From positions 4,751-68,750 of the forward strand of contig JAOMAI010000002.1 of NCBI GenBank assembly GCA_028344155.1: a stretch of 64,000 nucleotides of DNA. Reading direction: 5' to 3'. The number at the start of each line of letters is the position of its first letter. Position 1 is the stretch's first letter. Shown one piece after another: positions 41,830 through 50,222 of the stretch. The notes under the pieces were generated by a model. It saw only the letters and a program-made list of their open reading frames with translations. It did no database searches and was not told the DNA's origin. This DNA is from Candidatus Nitrosopelagicus sp. GTDB lineage: Archaea; Thermoproteota; Nitrososphaeria; Nitrososphaerales; Nitrosopumilaceae. The translations under genes and the position numbers were made by a program.

Positions 41830-42145
41830 CCTTACAGGAAATGAAAAATTTTCTGTATGGTTTACAACCATGATGATGATGACTAGTGCCCAGTTAGACC
41901 CTGACTCGAAGGCAAGGATCATGAATATGGCAAAAATCATGTGCGTAGGTGAATGTCTGGACATGCAAAAACTTGAGAATGATGATCCTGTAGAAATGGA
42001 AAAATCTAAGGAGAAACAAAAAGAGTTTGATGCAATGAAGGATGCCATCTGGAAGGAGATGGATAAGATACAGGAGGTCTTGACTGCATGTTACGGAGAA
42101 CCAAGGAAAGGCAAGAAACATCACAGGTGTGCACACAATGACTGA
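41810..42145 (+). CDS. Hypothetical protein
   Basis: Coupled ORF; weak N-terminal resemblance to the 44549 and 44857 ORFs. Confidence 0.6.
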   Translation: MKAQEYNLTGNEKFSVWFTTMMMMTSAQLDPDSKARIMNMAKIMCVGECLDMQKLENDDPVEMEKSKEKQKEFDAMKDAIWKEMDKIQEVLTACYGEPRKGKKHHRCAHND

Positions 42146-42353
42146 AAAAACATGTCCGAACTGTAATGGAACTAACGTTGCAGAAATAATGTATGGTTAT
42201 CCCAGTTCGCAGTTCTTAGATGAGATGAAAAAAGATGAGAACAAAGGAAAATTCCAGCTAGGCGGATGTTGCATATCAAACGATGATCCAGCATTTTCAT
42301 GTAATGACTGTGGAATGATGTTTGGCAATAGAGAAGAAGAGGAAGATGTCTAA
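42138..42353 (+). CDS. Small Zn-ribbon protein
   Basis: CPNC...IMYGYP...LGGCCI...CNDCG. Confidence 0.7.
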   Translation: MTEKTCPNCNGTNVAEIMYGYPSSQFLDEMKKDENKGKFQLGGCCISNDDPAFSCNDCGMMFGNREEEEDV

Positions 42354-42643
42354 TGGGTCGCTGGGATCAGGATAATCGTCCGGATGTTGAACTCTTGGCA
42401 GATTTCCAAAATTTGCAGCTGCAGTTACTTCACTGCAAAGACAGAAGAAAAAGTGCATTGGGAAAATATGAAATTGAAAAGGAGGATTCAAAGATAAAAG
42501 AGTCATATCAGGAATTAAGAGAGCTCTATGAAAGAAGTGACAACAGAATTCTGGAATTGATATATCAAGACAAGGCAGAAGGGTTTGAAACTTTTGCATG
42601 GTTCTTGATGTTATCAGAAGAAACACAAAAGAGGTTGAGATAA
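42353..42643 (+). CDS. Hypothetical coiled-coil protein (MGRWD start)
   Basis: TAATG stop/start overlap at both ends. Confidence 0.6.
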   Translation: MGRWDQDNRPDVELLADFQNLQLQLLHCKDRRKSALGKYEIEKEDSKIKESYQELRELYERSDNRILELIYQDKAEGFETFAWFLMLSEETQKRLR

Positions 42644-42939
42644 TGGGTCGCTGGGATGAACGTGAAAAGGCGTTTGATGGAGATACTCCAGAAGAAATCA
42701 TGGATGATTTTGAGGTAGCAAAGTGGGAAGTGAGTAGTTATCGATACAAAAAAGAACAGTTCAAGATTGGTTTGGATCTAATCTCTGAAGGTAAGAGGAT
42801 TGATGAACGACTTGATTTCTGGGAGTCAAGACTTGAAATCTTGTGCAGGAAGAATTACCAGCTGTTAAAATCAAAAGGAAAAGACGTTGATGAGATAATT
42901 GATTTTTTTTCAGAGAAAACAAAAGAAAAGCTGAAATGA
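42643..42939 (+). CDS. Hypothetical protein (MGRWD start)
   Basis: TAATG overlap; same 17 bp at its start as the previous gene. Confidence 0.65.
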   Translation: MGRWDEREKAFDGDTPEEIMDDFEVAKWEVSSYRYKKEQFKIGLDLISEGKRIDERLDFWESRLEILCRKNYQLLKSKGKDVDEIIDFFSEKTKEKLK

Positions 42940-43493
42940 ATTTCATCAGAAAAAGAATACAAGACATACTAGATCTCAAAAAAGAGCGTCATTTTGTGCC
43001 TGGATTTATCCTTGGTTCGTATGGAATTGTAATGATGGCAACGCTGATGGCCCACTGGACGTTTTTGTTACTAGGCAAGATAGAAAATCCATTTTTTGAT
43101 GGATTGATGCCTGTTGGCGCATTATTCATGCCTGCATATGTTGCTGTAATTACCATAATTGTTGGAAAAGAGATTATCTGGTGTCACATGATGATCTTTA
43201 GACAATTAGATAATTTGACAAAATGGCTAATCAACAAATATTCTATAAAATATTACAAGAAACACAAAAAGGATCCACCAATTCTTGATATCATGTCAAG
43301 AGTACAATACAAACTGTTTGGCAAGTTTACAAAAATGACACCGCGTGGTAGAAAAAAGATGGTAGTTACAGCAATTTCTGTTTGGGTTGCATGGGTTGTA
43401 CTAGGAAGAACTGATGCAGTTGATGTTATTGTAGGTGAAGTTGAAAAACAGTTTGTTGTTGCACAGCAATGGATTGTTTTAATAATTTTTTAA
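42936..43493 (+). CDS. Hypothetical membrane protein
   Basis: About three hydrophobic segments; ATGA overlap. Confidence 0.65.
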   Translation: MNFIRKRIQDILDLKKERHFVPGFILGSYGIVMMATLMAHWTFLLLGKIENPFFDGLMPVGALFMPAYVAVITIIVGKEIIWCHMMIFRQLDNLTKWLINKYSIKYYKKHKKDPPILDIMSRVQYKLFGKFTKMTPRGRKKMVVTAISVWVAWVVLGRTDAVDVIVGEVEKQFVVAQQWIVLIIF

Positions 43494-44010
43494 TTACAAA
43501 ATATTTTACATAACGCTTTTAAACCCTTATTGGTTTTTTAAAAAAACTCAATTGGGTTAGTTAAACATTGTTGAAAAAAATCTCATAGTAAGTATTAAAA
43601 GTCATAAAAATAAAAAATATTTAATGACAAGTCAACGAGTACTGTTCAAGTATCATGAAAGTAAAACTTTGAACATGAAATCAAATTGCAGTTTATTTTT
43701 GAAAACTGTAATTCCTAGCCAGCATCGCTTTAATAGTAGAAGTGATCAACTTGCCATGATGACAACACAAGAACACAGTTCGTTTTTGAGAACTGAAAAG
43801 AAAAAAGAAATCGCACCGTTTTTGAGGAGCGAAGGAGTTCTATAAGAAAAAAAGACAGACCAGAAAAATGCCAATAACTGTTTGGCCGCTAAAGGACAAC
43901 AAACCTGAGTAAATTTACCCACATTTGTTGTTGAATTACCCATGTGTACCGGATGGTATGCATGGATTTCTGCGGTATTCTGGTCTTTCTATTTTTTTCA
44001 GGAAAATATT

Positions 44011-44295
44011 ATGAAAGAAAATGAAAAAGAATCCATACAATCGGATGGAAGTGATGGAGAAGTAATGTCCGAAACCCCTACTTTGGTTAGAAGGGGAATA
44101 CGAACCTATTACGGAATAGTAGAAGATTCGTTCGAAAACAGAAAGGAAAACTATGACGAAATCTGTCATGCAGAAGACAGACGCATAGTTAATGCGGCAA
44201 TCTCACTGCGTTCAAGACTATCGTCAAAGGAACGAGAAGAAGCTCAAGAATGGCACAGAAACTTCAGTGCCCTAGTAGGGGAGTGGATGTGTTGA
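44011..44295 (+). CDS. Hypothetical protein; paralog of 39739..40041
   Basis: CHAEDRRIVNAAISLRSRLSSKEREEAQEW; start placed at MKENE. Confidence 0.65.
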   Translation: MKENEKESIQSDGSDGEVMSETPTLVRRGIRTYYGIVEDSFENRKENYDEICHAEDRRIVNAAISLRSRLSSKEREEAQEWHRNFSALVGEWMC

Positions 44296-44552
44296 CTGGC
44301 AGATGGGACAAGAAACGAAAAGAACAAAAGCATCTTGAGATGTTTTTGAAAGAGAAAAGAAAAACTCTTGACTTTCTGGTATTCCAGCTCAAAGAAAAAG
44401 AGTCCACCGCATATCTAGAAAAGTCTCAGTGTGACATAAAGAGATTGAAAGATGAGATCCAATTCGTACAGGAAGAGATCAATGTCATAGCTCAGAAGAG
44501 ATGGGGAAGGAAACCCGAGCTCTCTGATGATGAAAAGGAGAAGTTGAAATGA
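44292..44552 (+). CDS. Hypothetical coiled-coil protein (TGRWD start, ELSDDEKEKLK end)
   Basis: Coupled ORF sharing termini with genes of the first array. Confidence 0.6.
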   Translation: MTGRWDKKRKEQKHLEMFLKEKRKTLDFLVFQLKEKESTAYLEKSQCDIKRLKDEIQFVQEEINVIAQKRWGRKPELSDDEKEKLK

Positions 44553-44860
44553 CCTTCTCACAGCGTGAGAGATTCATCTATCATGCAATTACATTGATGA
44601 CGATGAGCAACCTTGGGAAGTTGGCAAAAGATGGTCTTAGTAAAAAGATTCATGCCATCCGAAATAGTAGATGTAAAAATCTAACAGATGAACAAATCGA
44701 GGAGATTCTTCTTGATGTAGAAAGAGAGGTTGAGACCTGCTTGACGAGTCGGGTACCAAAATATAATGTATCCACAGGAACACCAAAAGAAGAAAAATTA
44801 CGCAAACAAGGGTACAAGAAAAAAGAGTTCTCAGAAACCATTCAGGAGGAATGGAAATGA
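44549..44860 (+). CDS. Hypothetical protein; tandem paralog of the next ORF
   Basis: RERFIYH...C..LT..QI.E.LLD...EV...EEWK. Confidence 0.65.
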   Translation: MTFSQRERFIYHAITLMTMSNLGKLAKDGLSKKIHAIRNSRCKNLTDEQIEEILLDVEREVETCLTSRVPKYNVSTGTPKEEKLRKQGYKKKEFSETIQEEWK

Positions 44861-45189
44861 ATGATGGACATTCTGGTCGCCTAACAGAACGTGAAATATT
44901 CATCTATCATGTTGTGACATGGGCAACTTCAGGCGGATCTGGATTTGATGCAAGAAAATTATGTCCCTTGCTTACATCAAGTCAGATTGATGAATTGCTT
45001 CTGGACTTGGATGACGAAGTACAAAACTTTGCCATAAACGAAGCAGAAAGAAAACATGACTTCAAAAAACTTCGACAAAAGCCAAATTCAGTTGCAGGAT
45101 TTGATGTTGCTCCGTCGGAAAAGAAAGATTGGAAAAAATGGTATGAAAAACCAGAATTTTCTTTAGACACAGCGGAGGAATGGAAGTGA
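44857..45189 (+). CDS. Hypothetical protein; tandem paralog of the previous ORF
   Basis: REIFIYH...CPLLTSSQIDELLLDLDDEV...EEWK; start uncertain (44851 or 44857). Confidence 0.65.
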   Translation: MNDGHSGRLTEREIFIYHVVTWATSGGSGFDARKLCPLLTSSQIDELLLDLDDEVQNFAINEAERKHDFKKLRQKPNSVAGFDVAPSEKKDWKKWYEKPEFSLDTAEEWK

Positions 45190-45425
45190 ACTGGCAGTTG
45201 CAGTATGTAATTGGATTTGTCATGTTGTCCATGATGCAGAAAGATAGTTCTGAAGAAATAAGAACAAAAAGCCAGGAGTTGCTAAGAAAAGAGTTTGGCA
45301 TATCCAAAGAAGAATGGGTAGCCTTTACCAAACAGGTGCTTAGAGAAGGCAAAATTCTCAATGCCAGACTGTTGGCAATTACTGCACAACTTGTAGCAGG
45401 AATAATTCCTGAGGAGGTGAAGTAA
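45186..45425 (+). CDS. Hypothetical protein
   Basis: GTGA overlap after GGAGG; start uncertain (45180 or 45186). Confidence 0.55.
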   Translation: MNWQLQYVIGFVMLSMMQKDSSEEIRTKSQELLRKEFGISKEEWVAFTKQVLREGKILNARLLAITAQLVAGIIPEEVK

Positions 45426-45875
45426 ATGAATAGATGTAAAATTTGCAGTCTAAAGCAAGACGAGCATGATGAAGAACTGTGGAAGTTCCATCAGCTAAAC
45501 AAGGTATGTACCTGGTGTGGCAAGAAAAGCTGGAAGCATAGTTTGGAGCTGTGGGAGATACACCAGGATGTAATACCAAAACACGAAAAGATCGCCACAA
45601 TTCAGGCAGGTTTTGGGCCAAAGACACTGGTAAAGTTAGTAGAATGGAATACTGTTGATGGTTCGCCATACCACATAGAACGTGTTCCAATTCACATTAG
45701 ATGTGGTGGATGTAGTTCATCAATGTCTAATACGGAGACAGATCTGGCTGATGTTTTGAGTAACCTATGCTTGAGATGTTTCTGTGAGCAGACAGACCAA
45801 GAATATACATGGCATAGCAGACCATGGTGGCAAGTAAATGGCGGCAAGTATAACGGTGGACCGCTGATCCATTAG
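45426..45875 (+). CDS. Multi-Zn-finger protein; paralog of 41407..41829
   Basis: Two C-x2-C-x6-H-x3-LW-x2-H units, WNTV, SPYH.E.VPI, CGGC...LADVL...CLRCFC. Confidence 0.75.
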   Translation: MNRCKICSLKQDEHDEELWKFHQLNKVCTWCGKKSWKHSLELWEIHQDVIPKHEKIATIQAGFGPKTLVKLVEWNTVDGSPYHIERVPIHIRCGGCSSSMSNTETDLADVLSNLCLRCFCEQTDQEYTWHSRPWWQVNGGKYNGGPLIH

Positions 45876-45961
45876 AAAAGAAAAGATCTGTTGGAATGTT
45901 ATTTCAACTATCCTTAGTATCTGCGAGGATGTTAAATCAATATCATTACATCTAGTATTTT

Positions 45962-47131
45962 GTGTCAGACCAAACATTCAAGCAGTCAATGGATCTATTC
46001 CATAAAACAATAGCCAAGTACTTTCCAGACAGGATATTGGAGTTAGACATACTCGTTGCTATCTGCGCTAGCTTCTTCATTAGAGACATATCACAGCCAA
46101 TGGCATTGTTTTTGCTTGGAAATCCCTCGTCTGGAAAGTCCACTTTACTTGAGATAATCAAAGAACTGCCGGTAATACTCTGGAGAGACAACCTAACTTC
46201 TGCAGCATTACTATCTGCAGCACCTAATGTTGCGCCTGAAGACCAACTGTTGCACCAACTGGAGGGAAAGGTACTAACAATTCCAGAGTTTGCACCACTT
46301 GCAAACAATGCACAGGCAAAGCAGATCATGCCAGACTTTACTCGCCTACTGGATGGCAATGCATTTGTCAGACATACAGGTAATGGAGTAATTGGTACGA
46401 CAGAGGCTCAACGCTTCAATATGTTGGGTGCTATGGTTAGAGTGTCGCCAAAGTTATGGGAGCTGTTTGGAAACATGGGGCCTAGACTTGTATTCCTTAG
46501 ACTACCAGACAGACAGCAATCACTAGACCAGACAGTAACAAGACTTACCAAACTTTCGTCCAAGCGCTCCTATACAGAGAAACTGGAAGTGGCAAGAAAG
46601 ATTGTGCTTGCCTTTTATGAAAACATTGCAAAGTTCTATCCTGACGGCGTGACCTGGAACAAAGAAGCAGATGATAAAGAAACAATACAACAGATTGCAA
46701 AGCTTGCCGTACTTGTAACAAAGATGAGAGCAATCATGCCAAAAGAGAACAGACAGTATGTAGGCAAGCCACAGATAGAAGATCCGACTCGCATCTACAT
46801 GACCTTGCTGGGAATATGCAAATGCGTTGCATTCATTCGTGGCAGAACACACATCACTGAAGAAGAGTTGGCCATTGCATATAGAATTGCAATAGATTCG
46901 GTTCCAGAAGAAAGATCCGGAATATTGCTAGCCATGATTGGTAATGATGGCACCATATCTACAAAGGAATATGCAAAGATTGCCGGCGTATCAAGAGGCA
47001 CGGTGTACGCCAGATTTGACGACATGGTAAGACTTGGCATATCCGGTCATGCAAAGAAAGCCGGAAAGACTAAACAGATTGAGACAGTTACTCTGAAGGA
47101 AGAGTGGCTGTGGCTATCAGAGATTTGTTAG
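45962..47131 (+). CDS. Minimal MCM-like AAA+ ATPase/helicase with C-terminal wHTH
   Basis: GNPSSGKST Walker A, LTSAALLS, VLTIPEF Walker B-like, GPRLVF Arg finger, PTR...ITEEELAIA lid helices, HTH YAKIAGVSRGTVY. Confidence 0.6.
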   Translation: MSDQTFKQSMDLFHKTIAKYFPDRILELDILVAICASFFIRDISQPMALFLLGNPSSGKSTLLEIIKELPVILWRDNLTSAALLSAAPNVAPEDQLLHQLEGKVLTIPEFAPLANNAQAKQIMPDFTRLLDGNAFVRHTGNGVIGTTEAQRFNMLGAMVRVSPKLWELFGNMGPRLVFLRLPDRQQSLDQTVTRLTKLSSKRSYTEKLEVARKIVLAFYENIAKFYPDGVTWNKEADDKETIQQIAKLAVLVTKMRAIMPKENRQYVGKPQIEDPTRIYMTLLGICKCVAFIRGRTHITEEELAIAYRIAIDSVPEERSGILLAMIGNDGTISTKEYAKIAGVSRGTVYARFDDMVRLGISGHAKKAGKTKQIETVTLKEEWLWLSEIC

Positions 47132-47207
47132 CTTTTCTCTAACATTCCATTGGACTGGTATCAAAGGAATTCTAATGAAAAAAGATATGGTGATAGTAAG
47201 CATCACA

Positions 47208-47402
47208 TTATCTGTAAGGAATTCTTGCCTTTTTCTTGTTCACTTCCGCTAATTCTTCTTTCAGATGTTTTTTTAGAAGATTTTCATGTTCTTTCTTGTG
47301 TTTCCAGTATGCGTTAAGGCATGCTTGTCTCGTTTTTGCACGATTTAATGCAGTTGTGAATTTTTTGTGGCTTTTGGCCACGTCGGATGTATAACCTGCC
47401 AT
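47208..47402 (-). CDS. Small basic hypothetical protein
   Basis: 64 aa ORF with core-like codon usage. Confidence 0.6.
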   Translation of the reverse strand: MAGYTSDVAKSHKKFTTALNRAKTRQACLNAYWKHKKEHENLLKKHLKEELAEVNKKKARIPYR

Positions 47403-47496
47403 AAATCCATGACACTAACATTGTAGATAACCTTTTTTGTTTTATCATTATAGTGCCAAGAATAAGACTATTACAGAGATAGCCAGTGAGTACAAT

Positions 47497-48330
47497 ATGG
47501 AAAAAGTTGCATTGGTTACAGGTAGTTCAAGCGGAATTGGGTATGAAACATCACTGGCATTAGCAAGAGAAGGATATTTCACATATGCAACAATGAGAGA
47601 TTTGAAAAAAGAGGCAGTAATTAAAAAAATCGCAGAAGAAGAGAATCTCCCTCTCAAAGTAATTGAATTAGACGTAGATAATGAAGAGTCTGCAGAAGAT
47701 GCAATAAAAACAATAATTGATGAAAAACAAAGAATTGATGTCTTAGTAAATAATGCAGGATATGGCATATGGGGAACTGCTGAAGATGTTTCAATGCAAG
47801 AATTTCGAGATCAGTTTGAAACAAACTTTTTTTCAGTAATTAGAATGATTCAGAAAGTTGCACCTATTATGAGAAAACAAGGAAGTGGCGATATAATTAA
47901 CATTAGTTCAATTGCAGGGAGAATAGGGTTTCCGGTTTCCACAGCATACATTAGTTCAAAATTTGCAATTGAAGGCTTATCAGAATCTCTAAGATATGAG
48001 CTTGGACCGTTTGGAGTAAATGTTATAATTATTGAACCAGGAGTAATCAAAACAAACTTTTTTGATTCAATGAAAACAGCAAAAAAAGCAGATGAAAGCG
48101 ATGTTTATAGAGATATTACAATAAAAGTGATTTCAGGTGTTAAAATGATGGCAGAAATGGGAACATCTCCAAAAGAAGTTGCAAACGTTATCATCAAATC
48201 ATTGAAAGAAGAAACACCTCTACCAAGATATGTAGTAGGTAATGATGCAGCGATGTTTTTGGAAGCTAAAAAAATGAAAACAGACATTGAATTTGAAAAT
48301 TATCTGAAAAAAGAACTGTATGGGGAATAA
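47497..48330 (+). CDS. Short-chain dehydrogenase/reductase
   Basis: TGSSSGIG, NNAGYG, YISSK; start placed at MEKVAL. Confidence 0.92.
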   Translation: MEKVALVTGSSSGIGYETSLALAREGYFTYATMRDLKKEAVIKKIAEEENLPLKVIELDVDNEESAEDAIKTIIDEKQRIDVLVNNAGYGIWGTAEDVSMQEFRDQFETNFFSVIRMIQKVAPIMRKQGSGDIINISSIAGRIGFPVSTAYISSKFAIEGLSESLRYELGPFGVNVIIIEPGVIKTNFFDSMKTAKKADESDVYRDITIKVISGVKMMAEMGTSPKEVANVIIKSLKEETPLPRYVVGNDAAMFLEAKKMKTDIEFENYLKKELYGE

Positions 48331-48396
48331 TTCCCAGATTAGAATATATACGCCAAAGATTGATTTTTGTCAAAGTCCGCAGGATTGTAAAATATA

Positions 48397-50067
48397 ATGA
48401 AATGGAAAAAATTAGAACACAATGGAATACTTTTTCCGCCTGATTATGAAACAAAAAAGATCAAAATTAAGATCAAAGGTGAAAGTGTAGATTTAGACAT
48501 TAAACAAGAAGAAATGATTTACCAGTGGGCAAAGAAAAAAGACACACCTTATGCGCAAGACAAAGTTTTTCAGAAGAACTTTGTTGCAGATTTTGCAAAA
48601 ACATTTGGGAGTAAATATAAAAAATTAGAATTAGGAGATATTGATTTTAAAAATGCGTTTAATCTGGTAGATAAGGAAAAAGATGCAAAAGAACTTCTTA
48701 CAAAAGAACAAAAAAAGGCACTCGCTCTAAAACGTAAAGAATTGAGAGAAGAGATGAAAGAAAAGTTTGGGAAAGGTAAGATGGATGATAAGGAAGTTGA
48801 AATTGCAAATTACATGGCAGAGCCTCCGGGAATCTTCATAGGGCGAGGGGAACATCCACTACGTGGAAAATGGAAACCAAAAGTTACATCAAAAGATGTC
48901 ACGTTAAACTTGGGGAAAGAAGCAAAAGTTCCAAAAGGAGATTGGGGCAAGATTGTTCATGATAAAGAATCAATGTGGATGGCAAGCTGGACAGACTATC
49001 TAACACAAAAAAGAAAATACGTATGGTTAGCAGATACAGCAGGGATAAAGCAAGATAGAGACAAGGCAAAGTATGACAAGGCAAAGATGCTAGCAGGAGA
49101 AATTGAAACCGTTAAGAATAAAATTGTTAAAGATATGGGAAGCAAGGACGCAAAAGTTAGAAGAATATCTACAGTATGCTGGCTAATTTATCGTACTGCA
49201 ATGAGAGTTGGAGATGAAAAAGATCCAGAAGAAGCAGATACAGTTGGTGCAACTACATTAAGAAAAGAACATGTGACATTAACATCTGACGCAATAAAAT
49301 TTGATTTTCTTGGAAAAGACAGTGTGAGATGGCAAGAAACGGTTCCAGCTTTGAATAATGATAAACAATTCCATGAAAACCTAAAAGAATTAACATTAAA
49401 AATTAAACCAACTGATGAAATTTTTGGTAATTTAACATCAAGAGATGTTAACGAATATTATAAAACTGTTGTAAATGGATTAACCGCAAAAGTTTTCAGA
49501 ACATTTAGCGCATCCACAGTTGTGTCAAAATATCTTAACGATAATGGAGATGTCAAAAAAAGTTCCCAAATGGAAAAACTTTATCACGCAAAGCTTGCAA
49601 ATCTAGAAGCTGCCAAAATGTGCAATCATAAGAGAACAATTCCTAAAACATTTGAACAATCTCTTCAAAAAAAGCGCGATACACTAAAAGTGGCAGAGAA
49701 AGCAACACCTTGGAAGAAAAATGAAGAGACATTGAAGAAAGCAGAGACTACAAAGACCAAGACGGATTCTCAAGAAAAGAAAAGAAAAGAGCGAATTTCA
49801 AAAATTAAACAGATGATCAAAAAATCAAAAACGAAGCAAAAAGAAAGAGTGGAGAAATTAAAATTACAATTAGACCTTACAGAAAAGACAAGAGATTACA
49901 ATCTTGGTACATCATTAAGAAACTATATCGACCCACGAATTTTCAAATCATGGACAGATGAAGTAACAGCAGATTGGGAGAAACTCTATACATCTGCACT
50001 GCAGAAAAAATTCCTGTGGGTAAAGTCAGAAAATGAGTCATGGCAAAATGTCTCAAAACATTATTGA
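48397..50067 (+). CDS. DNA topoisomerase IB (eukaryote-like, thaumarchaeal)
   Basis: EPPGIFIGRGEHPLRG, MRVGDEKD, FDFLGKDS, AKVFRT, CNHKR, SLRNYIDP catalytic Tyr. Confidence 0.95.
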   Translation: MKWKKLEHNGILFPPDYETKKIKIKIKGESVDLDIKQEEMIYQWAKKKDTPYAQDKVFQKNFVADFAKTFGSKYKKLELGDIDFKNAFNLVDKEKDAKELLTKEQKKALALKRKELREEMKEKFGKGKMDDKEVEIANYMAEPPGIFIGRGEHPLRGKWKPKVTSKDVTLNLGKEAKVPKGDWGKIVHDKESMWMASWTDYLTQKRKYVWLADTAGIKQDRDKAKYDKAKMLAGEIETVKNKIVKDMGSKDAKVRRISTVCWLIYRTAMRVGDEKDPEEADTVGATTLRKEHVTLTSDAIKFDFLGKDSVRWQETVPALNNDKQFHENLKELTLKIKPTDEIFGNLTSRDVNEYYKTVVNGLTAKVFRTFSASTVVSKYLNDNGDVKKSSQMEKLYHAKLANLEAAKMCNHKRTIPKTFEQSLQKKRDTLKVAEKATPWKKNEETLKKAETTKTKTDSQEKKRKERISKIKQMIKKSKTKQKERVEKLKLQLDLTEKTRDYNLGTSLRNYIDPRIFKSWTDEVTADWEKLYTSALQKKFLWVKSENESWQNVSKHY

Positions 50068-50106
50068 TTTTAACATTTAATTGCCATATTCTTAGATAAA
50101 ATTCAT

Positions 50107-50222
50107 GCCGGGGTAGCTCAGCCTGGTTAGAGTGCCAGTTCGAATGGTAAACTCTAACGGTTCTTCCATAGAAGGCAATACTCATAATCTGGAGGTCGTG
50201 GGTTCGAAACCCACCCCCGGCA
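50107..50222 (+). tRNA. tRNA-Met(CAT), elongator type, with a 41-nt intron (50139..50179) at position 30/31
   Basis: GCCGGGG/CCCCGGC acceptor stem, D arm, GGTTCGAAACC T arm; removing the intron restores CCAGA-CTCATAA-TCTGG; bulge-helix-bulge with UGCC/GGCA central helix. Confidence 0.9.

Larger units (their letters stand above)
27442..47131. mobile_element. Accessory genomic island (defence block plus cryptic plasmid/virus-like region); boundaries approximate
   Basis: Core gene order broken between tatA and 47208; R-M, HNH, Vsr and helicase genes; arrays of small coupled ORFans; visibly more GC/CpG-rich stretches; no integrase or att pair found. Confidence 0.7.

Noticed and set aside
43624-43845. 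73-aa ORF in the inter-array gap
   Set aside because: No motif, no RBS and no coupling to neighbours; cannot be supported as a gene
39400-46000. CRISPR array, DGR or true integron in the repeat-rich ORFan region
   Set aside because: Repeats occur as pairs at irregular spacing within coding junctions; no cas, reverse transcriptase, TR/VR adenine pattern, IntI or attC palindromes seen
48397-50067. Topoisomerase IB as the island's missing tyrosine recombinase
   Set aside because: It is a full-length eukaryote-like Topo IB, an established core gene of Thaumarchaeota, with core-like composition and lying outside the island
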